64,000 nt of DNA from Polyangiaceae bacterium (GCA_044376115.1 JBILLK010000022.1:96001-160000), one strand, 5' to 3'; shown: positions 27,308 to 37,533, numbered from the stretch's first letter. Notes: generated from the letters alone by a model not told the origin. Program-made: numbers and translations.

Positions 27308-28164
27308 AGCAGGCCGTCCCGACCATCAGCGCGCAAGCACCGCCCGCGCTCGCCTCCTTTCAGGAGAGCTTCGCTCGTGCGCTCGCCCGCCCACTTGATG
27401 CGTCGAGCGGGATCTTCGTGCCCGACGCCGTCGCGATCGATACGACGTTGCGAATGAACACCCTCCCCTCTCACCATGGAGCGGAGGGCGCTTCGATATC
27501 GGTCTATCAGCGGCAAGTCTGGCTCCGCTGGTTCTCGGCGTTTCATGACGCATTTCCTCTGCTCGCGAGGCTCATCGGCTTCTTTCGGCTCAACGCGCTC
27601 GTGAGCGAGTTCCTCGTCGAGCGACCCGCGACGGATCCGGATCTCAATCGCATCAGCCTCGGATTTGCGTCGTGGCTGATCGCGCGGAGGCCCACGATGG
27701 GTGTCGATGAGCGGCTCATTGCGGATGCAGCGCGACTCGACGAGGCCTGGAGGCTCGCTGCGCTCGCTGAAGCAGAGCCGGCTTGGCGCGGCTCGCTCGC
27801 GTCGCTCGGGGATGCGCGCCTCCTTCGAAGGGCATGCGTCCAGGTGGTTCGTGTGGCGTACCCCGTCGTGGCCTTGCGGCATCGTGCGCTGGCACTCCAA
27901 GGAGAAGAGCGCGTCGTTGCGCCCGTTCGCTCCCGTGAGGAGGAGATCATCGTCGTCGTGCGCACGAGCGACGGATTTGGTGAGGTCTCACTGGCCGGTC
28001 CGGCGGGCGATCTTCTCGATTGGCTCGAGGATGGCACGGTGGGGAGCGCTCTCGCGAAGCTCGAGGAGGTTCATGGCCATCGAGGCGTCGACGCTCTCAC
28101 CGCAGACGTCCAGCGGGTCTTCGCTCTCGGCTCGGCCCACGGCTTTTGGTGCGCACCCGCGTGA
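27304..28164 (+). CDS. DUF2063 (BufC/HvfC-like) MNIO partner protein
   Basis: FQESFARAL, SVYQRQ..AFPLLARLIG..F, DAARLDEA; GTGA overlap with DUF692. Confidence 0.8.
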   Translation: MKQAVPTISAQAPPALASFQESFARALARPLDASSGIFVPDAVAIDTTLRMNTLPSHHGAEGASISVYQRQVWLRWFSAFHDAFPLLARLIGFFRLNALVSEFLVERPATDPDLNRISLGFASWLIARRPTMGVDERLIADAARLDEAWRLAALAEAEPAWRGSLASLGDARLLRRACVQVVRVAYPVVALRHRALALQGEERVVAPVRSREEEIIVVVRTSDGFGEVSLAGPAGDLLDWLEDGTVGSALAKLEEVHGHRGVDALTADVQRVFALGSAHGFWCAPA

Positions 28165-28201
28165 CAGGAAGGAGGCCGCGCGCGGGCTGCGGCAGCAGCT
28201 A

Positions 28202-29227
28202 CTATTTCTCGAGAGCCTTGTGCAGCGCCTTAGCGGCCGCCGGCGGCAGCGAATCCACTTCGGCCGCTGCGCGGACGCGATCGGCGAAGACGGTGGCCGT
28301 CGCTAACGCCTTCAGCTCCGGGGTGGTTTGGCGGATTCTCCGCAGCAGCACCAGAAACACCCGCGCCGCGTCGGCGCCGAGGTTGTCGACAACGGTGTAG
28401 GTTTGCTTCAACAGAATCATGCCGTGAGCGTCTTGCGGCCACGCCTCTGCAACCTGCAGCGCAACCTCCACGTCGAAGAGGGCCGCAGGTACAAAGTAAA
28501 AGCTCCGTCGAAGCTGCGGCTCAGCGCGCAGCCGCTCGTGCAGCGGCTCCGGGTCGCGGCAAAAAACCAGCGCGGCCCAGGGGGAGGACAGCACCTCGAG
28601 CTCCAGCAGCAGCGCCTGCGCATCGGCGTACTCCGCGGGCGTGGCGCGGAGAGCCGCCCGTCGCAACAAAAGCAAGTCGATCAAATAAGTGGAGCTGCCC
28701 CTCAGCTCATACACGCGCGGTGGGAGGTCAACAGGTCCGAGGACCACCAAACGCTTCCTCCCGGTACCGTCGGCATGCAGGCTGAAGCGATGACGGCTTT
28801 GCCCGGTGAACAGCACCTCCAAGGCAAAGCGCAAGCCGCGCGTAAGCCAAAGCGGCATGAGATCCTCGATCACTCGGTCGGAGTCGCGCGAGAGCGCCTG
28901 CTCGAAACAAACGAGCTCAAGCCGCAGCCCCTCTGCCACAAGGTCGCGCATGGCCGGCGGTTCTGGCGCCAACAACTCTGCGCGCAGCTCGGCGAGGAGC
29001 GGCTCTCCCGCGAGTTCCTCTGGCTCGAGCGGCCGATCCGCGAGGAAGCGCGCAGCACGAGCGCGCGCACCCACGCTGGCCCAAGCCTCGCTCAGCGAAC
29101 GAGTCCCATCGCCCGGTAACGGCGCGAGCGACCCATAGACCTGCTTGCGCGTCGCCGGCGTCCAGGTGACGCCATCCTTGACCAAAACAGCTTTGCTCTT
29201 CGGCGTCTTTGGCTTCGACTGCTTCAT
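28202..29227 (-). CDS. Hypothetical helical protein
   Basis: Long ORF starting MKQSKPK; no family recognised. Confidence 0.55.
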   Translation of the reverse strand: MKQSKPKTPKSKAVLVKDGVTWTPATRKQVYGSLAPLPGDGTRSLSEAWASVGARARAARFLADRPLEPEELAGEPLLAELRAELLAPEPPAMRDLVAEGLRLELVCFEQALSRDSDRVIEDLMPLWLTRGLRFALEVLFTGQSRHRFSLHADGTGRKRLVVLGPVDLPPRVYELRGSSTYLIDLLLLRRAALRATPAEYADAQALLLELEVLSSPWAALVFCRDPEPLHERLRAEPQLRRSFYFVPAALFDVEVALQVAEAWPQDAHGMILLKQTYTVVDNLGADAARVFLVLLRRIRQTTPELKALATATVFADRVRAAAEVDSLPPAAAKALHKALEK

Positions 29228-29346
29228 ACGCGGGCAACGATCGCACGCGAAGCATCGGCGGTAAACGGCGGCCTCGACTCGGGCGACCCGCTCCCGAGCG
29301 CGCACGGTCGACAGAACTTTCAGCACCGTGTCACGTAAGCTCCTTG

Positions 29347-30441
29347 ATGATGAAGCGATCGGCTGTGGTTTGCGCGGTGCTGCTCCTCGGGTGTGCGGAT
29401 GGCGCGAAGGGCGGTGGTTCGGCCGCGGCTGCGACCAGCAGCTCGTCGGCTTCCGCTGCGGGGAGCGCGGCTGCGACGTTGGGGACGGAGCCTCCGACCT
29501 TACCGAATCCACTGCCCAGCGGGCCGACCCACTACGGGGTGAGCAAGCCGCCCCCGCCCAACAGCGCTTGTCCGCCGCTACCGAAGAGCACGCCCGGCGC
29601 GTTCGCGCCCGTGGCCGCGGCTGCGCACCGCCTCGCGTGTGAACCGGCGCTCTACTTCTTGTCGCTGGAGGCGCTGCGCGCGGAGCTCGCGCTGCCAGCC
29701 GACCACACCATCGAGTTCGCTGCGCCGAGCGCAGTGACGCTCCGCTTTCCGAAGGGCAGCGCCGTCGATCTCGCGAGCGCGCTCGGCCTCGTTGATGGCG
29801 TCGCGATGCGACACAACCGCGGAGCGTGGAGCTGGCGAAACTGGAACATGGGCACGAAGGGAGCCGCGGAGGACGTGCTCGAGCTGTGGAGCCCTGCGCG
29901 CGTTTACGTCGGTCTGAACGTCAAGCGCCCAAGCGACGACTCGATCCGTGAGCTGCCGCTCGAGGACAGCACGCTCAGCGGCCAACTTTCGGTGAGCCAG
30001 CCCGAAGCGGTGCTGCCCATCGTCGATGACACGCTCGCGTCAGCGATGCTCCACGTCGCGATCACGCAGCTGGCCCAAGAGAAGGAGCGCCTCGCGGAAG
30101 ACCCGGCCGAGGTCGCCAAACGTTTCGGGCTCGCGAACGACAGGTTTCGGCTCTCGCGCCGCACGAGCAGCAGCGGCTCCACCTCGATCAAGGGCATCGA
30201 CATCTGGGTCACGCGCTCACGCGTCGCGGCCGGGCCGTTGATCGAGGCGCTCGGCTTGACCGGCACGATCGAGCGCTCCCGCGCCAACGACTCGGATGAG
30301 TTCTTGCTCCAGCGTGGCCAAACGACTGAGTTTGCGTGGCGCGGACTGTCGCTCGAGCTCGCCTTCGACGAGCGCACCGGCGCGGCAGCGGCCGGACGGC
30401 ACGGTTCGTTCGTGCTCGACCGCGTGACGCTTATGCCGTAG
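29347..30441 (+). CDS. Hypothetical lipoprotein
   Basis: MMKRSAVVCAVLLLGC lipobox; Ser/Ala/Pro linker. Confidence 0.65.
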   Translation: MMKRSAVVCAVLLLGCADGAKGGGSAAAATSSSSASAAGSAAATLGTEPPTLPNPLPSGPTHYGVSKPPPPNSACPPLPKSTPGAFAPVAAAAHRLACEPALYFLSLEALRAELALPADHTIEFAAPSAVTLRFPKGSAVDLASALGLVDGVAMRHNRGAWSWRNWNMGTKGAAEDVLELWSPARVYVGLNVKRPSDDSIRELPLEDSTLSGQLSVSQPEAVLPIVDDTLASAMLHVAITQLAQEKERLAEDPAEVAKRFGLANDRFRLSRRTSSSGSTSIKGIDIWVTRSRVAAGPLIEALGLTGTIERSRANDSDEFLLQRGQTTEFAWRGLSLELAFDERTGAAAAGRHGSFVLDRVTLMP

Positions 30442-30504
30442 CGAGCGACCACGCCCTCGCTGGCGAACCGCTCTCACGGCTCGATCGCCTTCGAGTGCGC
30501 GCCG

Positions 30505-31419
30505 CTAGCGCGCGGGTTGCGAACGTTGGTTCGCCAACGCGACACCCAGCGCGATGATCCCGCTGGCGATCAGCGCGCGCACGGTGGGCGTGATGTCGAG
30601 CAAGAGGAACGCAGCCAGCGCGGCGATCGGCGGTTGGGCGTAGACGTAGGTCGCGACCGTCGAGCTGTCGGCGCGCGCCAGCGCCCAAGCGTTGAGCAAG
30701 TAGGTCAGCACCGTCGGACCGAGCGCCACGAAGGCGATCGAGCCCCAGGCCGAGAGCGGCAGCGTGGACCACGGGATGTGCAACGTATCGGCGGCGGTCA
30801 GCGGCAAGGCCTCGAGCGCGCCGAGCACCATCACCCAAGCCACCGTTTGAAGCGATCCGAGCCGCGCGATCGCCCCGCGCGCCAGCACCAGGTACAGCGC
30901 ATAACAGGCCGTGTTGGCCACGAGCATGAGGTTGCCGAGCAGGCGCGCTTGCGAGCCGTCGAAGCGCTCGGCGCCGACCAGCACCGCACCGCCGATGAGC
31001 GCCACGCCCACGCCCAACAAACGTCGCGCGCTCGGCCGTTCGCGACCGAGAAGCAACGCGGCGCCCACCGTGAACGGCGGGATCAGCAGCACGGCCACCG
31101 AGGCGTTGACCGGCCCGCTGCGCGCGAGCCCGCCCACGAACAGCAGTTGGTTCAGGCTGATGCCGAGCGCCGCCAGGCCGGCCAGACGCAAAAGCTCAGC
31201 GGGCGAAGGCAGGCTCAGCCGGCCCAACGCCGCCCGCGCCGCGAGCGCCAGGATCGGCGCGCCCAACGCCAAGCGCACACCGACCAGCGCCGCCGGGCTC
31301 ATGAAGCGAAGGAGCGAAGCCCCGGCCACCGGCCAGAGCGCGAACAGCACCTGCACGGTGATCAGCGCTGCATGCACCTGACGCGCGCTGGACGCTTGCA
31401 CCTTCTCCATCGCCATCAT
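30505..31419 (-). CDS. DMT/EamA family transporter
   Basis: Ten TM helices; LGISLNQLLF, LLGRERPS, YLLNAWAL..YVYAQP. Confidence 0.9.
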   Translation of the reverse strand: MMAMEKVQASSARQVHAALITVQVLFALWPVAGASLLRFMSPAALVGVRLALGAPILALAARAALGRLSLPSPAELLRLAGLAALGISLNQLLFVGGLARSGPVNASVAVLLIPPFTVGAALLLGRERPSARRLLGVGVALIGGAVLVGAERFDGSQARLLGNLMLVANTACYALYLVLARGAIARLGSLQTVAWVMVLGALEALPLTAADTLHIPWSTLPLSAWGSIAFVALGPTVLTYLLNAWALARADSSTVATYVYAQPPIAALAAFLLLDITPTVRALIASGIIALGVALANQRSQPAR

Positions 31420-31464
31420 GCTCCGCGCTGTCCGCGAACGCTGGGCCGCACGAATGCAGCCCAC

Positions 31465-31501
31465 AAAAACCGAAAGGCTTCGGAGGTTTTCCTCCGAAGC
31501 C
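31465..31501 (-). terminator. Rho-independent terminator after tRNA-Pro
   Basis: Perfect stem GGCTTCGGAGG/CCTCCGAAGCC (31476-31501) followed on the minus strand by TTTCGGTTTTT. Confidence 0.75.
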
Positions 31502-31502
31502 A

Positions 31503-31578
<76 letters not shown>

Positions 31579-31616
31579 AAAAGTCGTGTCTAAAGCTGTC
31601 TCCAAGAAGCGAGCGC

Positions 31617-31644
31617 ACCCTACTTGAACGAACTGGCATTGCAA
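31617..31644 (-). promoter_or_regulatory. Possible sigma70-like promoter for the tRNA
   Basis: TTGCAA-N16-TAGGGT on the minus strand, ~40 nt upstream of the tRNA. Confidence 0.3.
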
Positions 31645-31749
31645 GAGAATCTTCATGCGTCTCGCCAGTCTTCCGACGCAGACCTGCCTCCAGCCTGACA
31701 CAAGCTTCGCGCGAGCCCTCGCGAGCGAGTTGCGCTAGGGTAGCGCCCG

Positions 31750-33057
31750 GTGCTGAAGGCTTCCCTCCTCCTAACCGGGCTGCTGCTGCTGGGCTGTGCC
31801 GACGTAAGGCCGCCTGTAGCGTCTCCGGACGGCGTCTCGACCTCCACGCAACCTGGGGGTCAAGCGTCGGGGGATTTGAGCGCAGACCAGCACCAAGCGG
31901 ACGAAAGCGTGCCGGTCGGTTTTGAGCAGGAGTCGGCCGAGCCGGAGCCCCCCGAGGCCGAGCTCGAGTACAGCGGCGAAGAAGGCGACGAGGGCGACGA
32001 AGGGGACGAGGGCCACGAGGGCGAAGCGAGCGGTGAACACCCCGAACCTGATGAAGACGCCTTCCTCGCCTGCCTCGATCGCGGCCCCGGCTCACCGCCG
32101 CATTGCCCGCAGTTCAAGTGGAAGTCCCCGCTCGAAGGGCTGACCCAGGAGCAGATTCGCGAGAAGGTCAAAACCGAGCTCGCTTCGATCGGTCCCATCT
32201 CGGTGGGCGCGCCCAATCGCGGTCGCTTGTTCAACGGCGTACAAATGCCGAAGAGCGACCTGTGGAAGCAGAATGACCCGGGTAACGCCTGGGGCACGCA
32301 AGAGACGATCGACTCGATCGTGCGGGCGATCGAGAAGGTCAACAAGGAGCACGCCAAGACGCAGCCGGTGATCATCGGGCACATCTCGGCGAAAGGCGGT
32401 GGCCGACTCAAGCCGCACAAGAGCCACCAAGCCGGGCGCGACGTCGATCTCTCCTACTTCTACAAGGAGACCACCGGCTGGTATGCGGTCGCCAACGAGA
32501 AGAACCTAGATCAGGCGCGCACGTGGACCTTCGTGAAGGCCTTCATTGAAGACCCGAACACCGAGATGATCCTGATCGACACCTCGCTGCAGCGCCTGCT
32601 GATGGCCTACGCCCTGCAAAAGGGTGAAGACAAAGCCTTCATCGAGAAGGTCTTCCAAGTGAGCGGCAAGAGCCAAAGCCCGCTGATTCGGCACGCCAAG
32701 GGCCACGCAACCCACATTCACGTACGCTTCTTCAGCCCAGCCGCCCAGGCCTCCTCCCGCTTGGCCGCGGCCTTCCTGCCCAAGCCGCCTCCGCCTCCGG
32801 TGCGCAAACCGGGCAAGACGCCGGGCAAGCACAAGGGCGAACCGGGCAAGGGCGAACCCAACGTCGCCAAAGGTGGCAAAGGCCAAAAGGGCGATGAGGC
32901 CTCCTTCCTCTATCACCGCGCCCGCAACGGAGACACGCTGGACGCGCTTTCCCGCAAGTACGCCGTGTCGGTGATGGCGATCAAGCAGGCGAACGGCCTC
33001 AAGAGCAACGACCTCAAGATCAACAAGACCTACCGCATTCCCAAAGCCTCTCGCTGA
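31750..33057 (+). CDS. Penicillin-insensitive murein endopeptidase (MepA-like) lipoprotein with C-terminal LysM
   Basis: LLGC lipobox; SVGAPNRGRLFNG, HKSHQAGRDVD, HATHIHVRF; LysM NGDTLDALSRKY..IKQANGL. Confidence 0.88.
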   Translation: MLKASLLLTGLLLLGCADVRPPVASPDGVSTSTQPGGQASGDLSADQHQADESVPVGFEQESAEPEPPEAELEYSGEEGDEGDEGDEGHEGEASGEHPEPDEDAFLACLDRGPGSPPHCPQFKWKSPLEGLTQEQIREKVKTELASIGPISVGAPNRGRLFNGVQMPKSDLWKQNDPGNAWGTQETIDSIVRAIEKVNKEHAKTQPVIIGHISAKGGGRLKPHKSHQAGRDVDLSYFYKETTGWYAVANEKNLDQARTWTFVKAFIEDPNTEMILIDTSLQRLLMAYALQKGEDKAFIEKVFQVSGKSQSPLIRHAKGHATHIHVRFFSPAAQASSRLAAAFLPKPPPPPVRKPGKTPGKHKGEPGKGEPNVAKGGKGQKGDEASFLYHRARNGDTLDALSRKYAVSVMAIKQANGLKSNDLKINKTYRIPKASR

Positions 33058-33113
33058 CCGGTAGCCGACTCCGGGTTGTGGATCCGCGGCCCGTGTCGAG
33101 CGTAACGAAGGGA

Positions 33114-36100
33114 ATGCTTCGACGATCTCGCGCCTTGCTCTTTCTCGCGAGCTTCTTGGCTTGCAAAGACCCGACCCAGATCACGGTGACCGTCACCACC
33201 GACGCAGCCTGCGCGGCAGATGCCCCGGGCAAGGCGATCTTCAGCAGCGTCGGCGTCGCTGGAGCGCGCGAATTCCCGAGCAAACAGGCTGTCGCGTTCA
33301 ACGGCCAACAGGACTACTGCGAGGCGGCACCGCTGGTCGGTTCGCTGGTGCTGGTCCCCGCCGAGGGGCGCGCCGACAACCTGGTTGAGGTCTTGGTCAT
33401 TGGCGGCTTTGTGACCGACGACGGCAAGGCGGCTCAAACCGCCGAGTCGTGCGAGGAGCAGCGAGCTGCGGCTGGCATCGAGGGGCTCAACTGCATCGTG
33501 GCGCGCCGGAGGTTGGGCTTCCTTGATTCGACGCCGCTGTCGCTGCCCATCGACCTCGATACACGCTGCCTCGGCGTCGAGTGCGGTGAGGATCTGACCT
33601 GTTTCCAAGGGGAGTGCGTCTCTCCGGATGCTCCCTGCGACGCGAACGGCGACTGCACGCTCGAGGGCGGCGGAGGTGGGGCTGGCGGTAACGGCGGCGC
33701 TGGCGGTGACGGCGGTATGGGCGGAGTCGGCGGTGACGGCGGCATGGGCGGTGGCGGCGGACCCACGGTCGAGATCTGCAACAACGGCATGGACGACGAC
33801 GCCAACACCTTCACCGATTGCGACGACGCAGATTGCTCGAGCACCCTCTACTGCAATGACACCAACACCGTCGTGATCAACGAGCTGTCGGTGGTCGCGG
33901 ATGACCAAGAGTTCATCGAGCTCTACAACCGCGGCACCGCCAGCGTGAATCTGCGCGGCGCGGTGATCAGCCTCAATCAAGGCACCGTGGGTGGCGCTTC
34001 AACGCCGTACGCCAGCCTCCCGCTCGACGGTTTTGAGCTGGGCGCCGGGGAGTACCTCGTGCTTCACGACTCGACGCTGACGCCTCCCGCGAGCGTAGCT
34101 TCGCTGCCGTTCGCCGGGGACGCCGCGGACGACCAGATCCGACAAGACGCAGCGACCGGCGCGGTGGTCTTGCACCTCGCGGGCGGAACCACGCTGCTCG
34201 ATGCCGTGGTGTACGGCGGAGCACCTTCCTTCCTCGAGATCGAGGGTATGACGTATTCGCCGGAGCTCTACAGGGTCACCGACTCGGAAGATGGATCGCA
34301 GGCTGCTGACAGCCTCTCACGCATTCCCAACGGTGCGTTGGGAATGCCCGAAGCCGTTTGGCAACAAACGACCTCGGTCACCCTCGGTGGCAGCAACATG
34401 GTGAGTCCCGGCACCGAGGACTGTAGCAACGGCGTGGACGACGACGACGACGACACCGCCATCGACTGCGCCGACGTCGACGACTGCGTCGGAAGCGCCT
34501 GCGGTGTTGACGGACTGCAGTGCAACTCGGGCGGCATGTGCGCCTGCCCCGGCGGAATGATGGAACTCAACTGCGCTGGCGGCGTCGACGACGACTGCGA
34601 TGGCGACATCGACTGCCAAGACGCCGACTGCCTCGGGGCGGCGGGCTGCGTCGAGATCTGCGACAACGGCGCGGATGACCCGGACAACGATCAAGACGTC
34701 GACTGCGCCGACGCCGATTGCTTGAACGATCCCGCGTGCGACGAGATCTGCGACAACGGCGTCGACGATTCGGACACCGACGCCGACGCCGACTGTGCCG
34801 ACGACGAATGCGCCATGACCGAATACTGCAAAGAGATCTGCAGCAACGGCATCGACGACCCCGACACCGACAACCTCTCCGATTGCTTCGATCCCGAGTG
34901 CGCGGTCGTCCCTTACTGCGACGAGATCTGCAACAACGGTATGGACGATCCCGATACCGACAACCTCTCCGATTGCGCCGACCCCGAGTGCGCTGGGATC
35001 CCTTACTGCGACGAGATCTGCGACAACGGCATCGACGACCCCGACACCGACAGCGCCATCGACTGCGCCGACTCCGAGTGCAACGGCCAGCCCTGCGGCC
35101 CGCTCGGGCTCGTCTGCATCAACAACATGTGCGACTGCCCCGGCAACGGCATCGAGTCCTGCAACAACGGCATGGACGACGACTGCGACGGCCTCGAGGA
35201 CTGCGCCGACCCCAACTGCCAGGCTGTATGCGGGGAGATCTGCTCCGACGGGGCCGATAACAATGGCAACGTGCTGATCGATTGCGCCGACCCGGCCTGC
35301 GCCACGGGCGATTCGTGCGGAATGAACGGGCTCGAGTGCATTGGCGGGTCCTGCATCTGCCCCAGCCTGATCGAGAACTGCACCGACAGCGTCGACAACG
35401 ATTGCGATGGCGACGTGGATTGCGCCGACGCTAGCTGTGCCGGCAACCCCGCCTGCTTCGAGGACTGCGACAACGGGCTCGACGACAACGGCGACCTCTT
35501 GATCGACTGCTCCGACGTGCCGAACTGCGAGTCCGAGCTATGTGGTCCCAATAACCTCCGGTGCAACGCGATGGGTATGTGCACCTGCCTCGGGGGGCTC
35601 GAGCTCTGCAGCGACACCATCGACAACGACTGCGACGGAGCCACCGACTGTGCCGACCTCAACTGCAGCGGCGCTCCCCAGTGCAACGTGCTTGGGATCA
35701 CCAGCTACGATCCGCCGTTTCCAACGCTTACCGGCCGCCTCGACATTTATGGCGGTGGTTTCGACGCCGTCAACGACGTCTGGATCGGCAACATTTCGCA
35801 CCCATTCACCCACGTCACCGACAGTCACATTTTCATCCCGACGGTCAATTCGGGCACTCCGCTCGGTGAGAACTTTGTAACGCTCTACGCGGGAGCAGCG
35901 AGCCTTAGTGATAGCGGTGTGACCGTGATCGACCTGATGATCAAACAGCTCGACGCACGCAACGCGAGCCCAGAATTCGACTTCCTCCAGCTGCAAACCC
36001 GCGTCTCCCTAAGCCACGGGCTGAACGGCTATGTGATCGCGTTCTTCGATGGGGCGGGACCGGGTGGGATCAATCGCGTGACGACGTCCTTCGACCTCAC

Positions 36101-36479
36101 CGGCTTGACGACCTTCGGCGGCACCTATCTGATCGCTGGGCCCAATGTTCCCGCGTTGGCCCAACAGACGCTGCCGTTCTCGGACATTCCACCAGGAACC
36201 GACGCGGTGGCCATCTACCAAGCGCCGGTTCCGTTTCCACCAAACACAATTCCGCCCACGACCGGCCTGATCGATGCGCTGGTGTTCAACGGCCCTGACT
36301 CGGACCCAGCCCCGAGTTTGAACGGTCAGTTCATGGTGACACTGACCACGATCTCTGAGGACCCTGCTCCCAACACGCTGTCCATCCAGCGCTGCGAGCT
36401 CATGCGGCGTGACGCCAACGCTTACCAGGCCCTACCCACCACGCCGAACTATATGGCAGGTAGCCTGTGCGTAAACTGA
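33114..36479 (+). CDS. Large surface lipoprotein: lamin-tail-like domain, 13 Cys/Asp-rich EICxNGxDD..DCxDxxC repeats, IPT/TIG-like and C-terminal domains
   Basis: FLAC lipobox; VVINELS..EFIELYN (LTD); repeats visible in translation. Confidence 0.8.
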   Translation: MLRRSRALLFLASFLACKDPTQITVTVTTDAACAADAPGKAIFSSVGVAGAREFPSKQAVAFNGQQDYCEAAPLVGSLVLVPAEGRADNLVEVLVIGGFVTDDGKAAQTAESCEEQRAAAGIEGLNCIVARRRLGFLDSTPLSLPIDLDTRCLGVECGEDLTCFQGECVSPDAPCDANGDCTLEGGGGGAGGNGGAGGDGGMGGVGGDGGMGGGGGPTVEICNNGMDDDANTFTDCDDADCSSTLYCNDTNTVVINELSVVADDQEFIELYNRGTASVNLRGAVISLNQGTVGGASTPYASLPLDGFELGAGEYLVLHDSTLTPPASVASLPFAGDAADDQIRQDAATGAVVLHLAGGTTLLDAVVYGGAPSFLEIEGMTYSPELYRVTDSEDGSQAADSLSRIPNGALGMPEAVWQQTTSVTLGGSNMVSPGTEDCSNGVDDDDDDTAIDCADVDDCVGSACGVDGLQCNSGGMCACPGGMMELNCAGGVDDDCDGDIDCQDADCLGAAGCVEICDNGADDPDNDQDVDCADADCLNDPACDEICDNGVDDSDTDADADCADDECAMTEYCKEICSNGIDDPDTDNLSDCFDPECAVVPYCDEICNNGMDDPDTDNLSDCADPECAGIPYCDEICDNGIDDPDTDSAIDCADSECNGQPCGPLGLVCINNMCDCPGNGIESCNNGMDDDCDGLEDCADPNCQAVCGEICSDGADNNGNVLIDCADPACATGDSCGMNGLECIGGSCICPSLIENCTDSVDNDCDGDVDCADASCAGNPACFEDCDNGLDDNGDLLIDCSDVPNCESELCGPNNLRCNAMGMCTCLGGLELCSDTIDNDCDGATDCADLNCSGAPQCNVLGITSYDPPFPTLTGRLDIYGGGFDAVNDVWIGNISHPFTHVTDSHIFIPTVNSGTPLGENFVTLYAGAASLSDSGVTVIDLMIKQLDARNASPEFDFLQLQTRVSLSHGLNGYVIAFFDGAGPGGINRVTTSFDLTGLTTFGGTYLIAGPNVPALAQQTLPFSDIPPGTDAVAIYQAPVPFPPNTIPPTTGLIDALVFNGPDSDPAPSLNGQFMVTLTTISEDPAPNTLSIQRCELMRRDANAYQALPTTPNYMAGSLCVN
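34653..35102 (+). repeat. Five tandem 90-bp coding repeats (30 aa) beginning GAGATCTGC
   Basis: Unit starts at 34653, 34743, 34833, 34923, 35013. Confidence 0.9.
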
Positions 36480-36496
36480 ACGCCACGGCCAGTTCA

Positions 36497-37384
36497 TCAG
36501 TGGCTAATGAACAACACCTTGCGTGATCCGAGCGGTTGCACCGGGCGGTTGGAGCGACCGCCCACTACCTCGCGGAACAAGTCCACCGAGCGCTTCTCGA
36601 TCTCTTTGGTCTCCTTCATCACGAACCAGCGCACGCCCTCGGTGCACGGTGGCGTCGTGAGCGATCCGGCATAGTGGTAGTAGCCCTCGCTGAGCGAAAT
36701 CACCGAGGAAACATCGACCAACTTCTTCTCGTTGTTCACGTAGTCCTGGGTCTCCTGCCGCGGCATCTTCTTCCAAATCTCCGACAATCCATCGTTGAGA
36801 TCCCCGGTCTCGAACAGCACGCTGACCACGGCCAGCTCACCGTCGCGGGACTTGTTCACGAACTGCATCTCGAGCGGATAACGCTGCCCGCCGATGGTGT
36901 GCTCGCTCGGCGAGTGGAAGTGGAACTGCGACAGATCGTAGCGCTTGGTGCCGACCGTTATGAAGCTATCGGTGCGGTTTTGCACCTCGACGGTGTGGCC
37001 GTTGTTCTTCACGCGCAGCGGGACCGTCATGTAGTCGACGCTCAGCTTTTCGCTGTTGCCGCTGGCATCTTCGCCCAAGCTAGGCAGGTCGATCGGAGAC
37101 TGGTCTTTGCCGATGCCGCAAAGCGCCCACTTGGGATCGAGCTCGCCCCACTTCGATGGGCCTTTGTCGCCGGTGTACAGCCAAGGATGATCGGTATGGG
37201 CAGCCTGCGCGGAGTGGCTAGCCGACGCATGTGCTGAAGCATGGCCCGATGCATCGCCGTGGGCTGATCCGGACCCCTCAGTATGCGGCTCGGACTTCAT
37301 TTCAGCAGCCTCCGAGGTCGCGCAGTTGGCCTGACCCAGGGAGCATGCCAGCGCGGTGATCAGGGTCAGAGGGTTGGTTCGCAT
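36497..37384 (-). CDS. Alpha-carbonic anhydrase-like lipoprotein (third Zn His replaced by Gln)
   Basis: WLYTG..GP..WG, QSPID, NNGHT, QFHFHSPSEH, EMQFVN, GSLTTPPCTEGV, NRPVQPL. Confidence 0.9.
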   Translation of the reverse strand: MRTNPLTLITALACSLGQANCATSEAAEMKSEPHTEGSGSAHGDASGHASAHASASHSAQAAHTDHPWLYTGDKGPSKWGELDPKWALCGIGKDQSPIDLPSLGEDASGNSEKLSVDYMTVPLRVKNNGHTVEVQNRTDSFITVGTKRYDLSQFHFHSPSEHTIGGQRYPLEMQFVNKSRDGELAVVSVLFETGDLNDGLSEIWKKMPRQETQDYVNNEKKLVDVSSVISLSEGYYHYAGSLTTPPCTEGVRWFVMKETKEIEKRSVDLFREVVGGRSNRPVQPLGSRKVLFISH

Positions 37385-37533
37385 GCCTCAGCGAACGGAT
37401 CACTCAGGCGTCAGCTTTATGACACCCCGGCCAATCTCGGTCGTTCTTCAGTCGCTTGTCACGATTCACCCGGATGTGGTCACCTGCAGGACAGGAGCGC
37501 CGCTTCAGAGGACCTCCCCAGCGGCGAACGATC

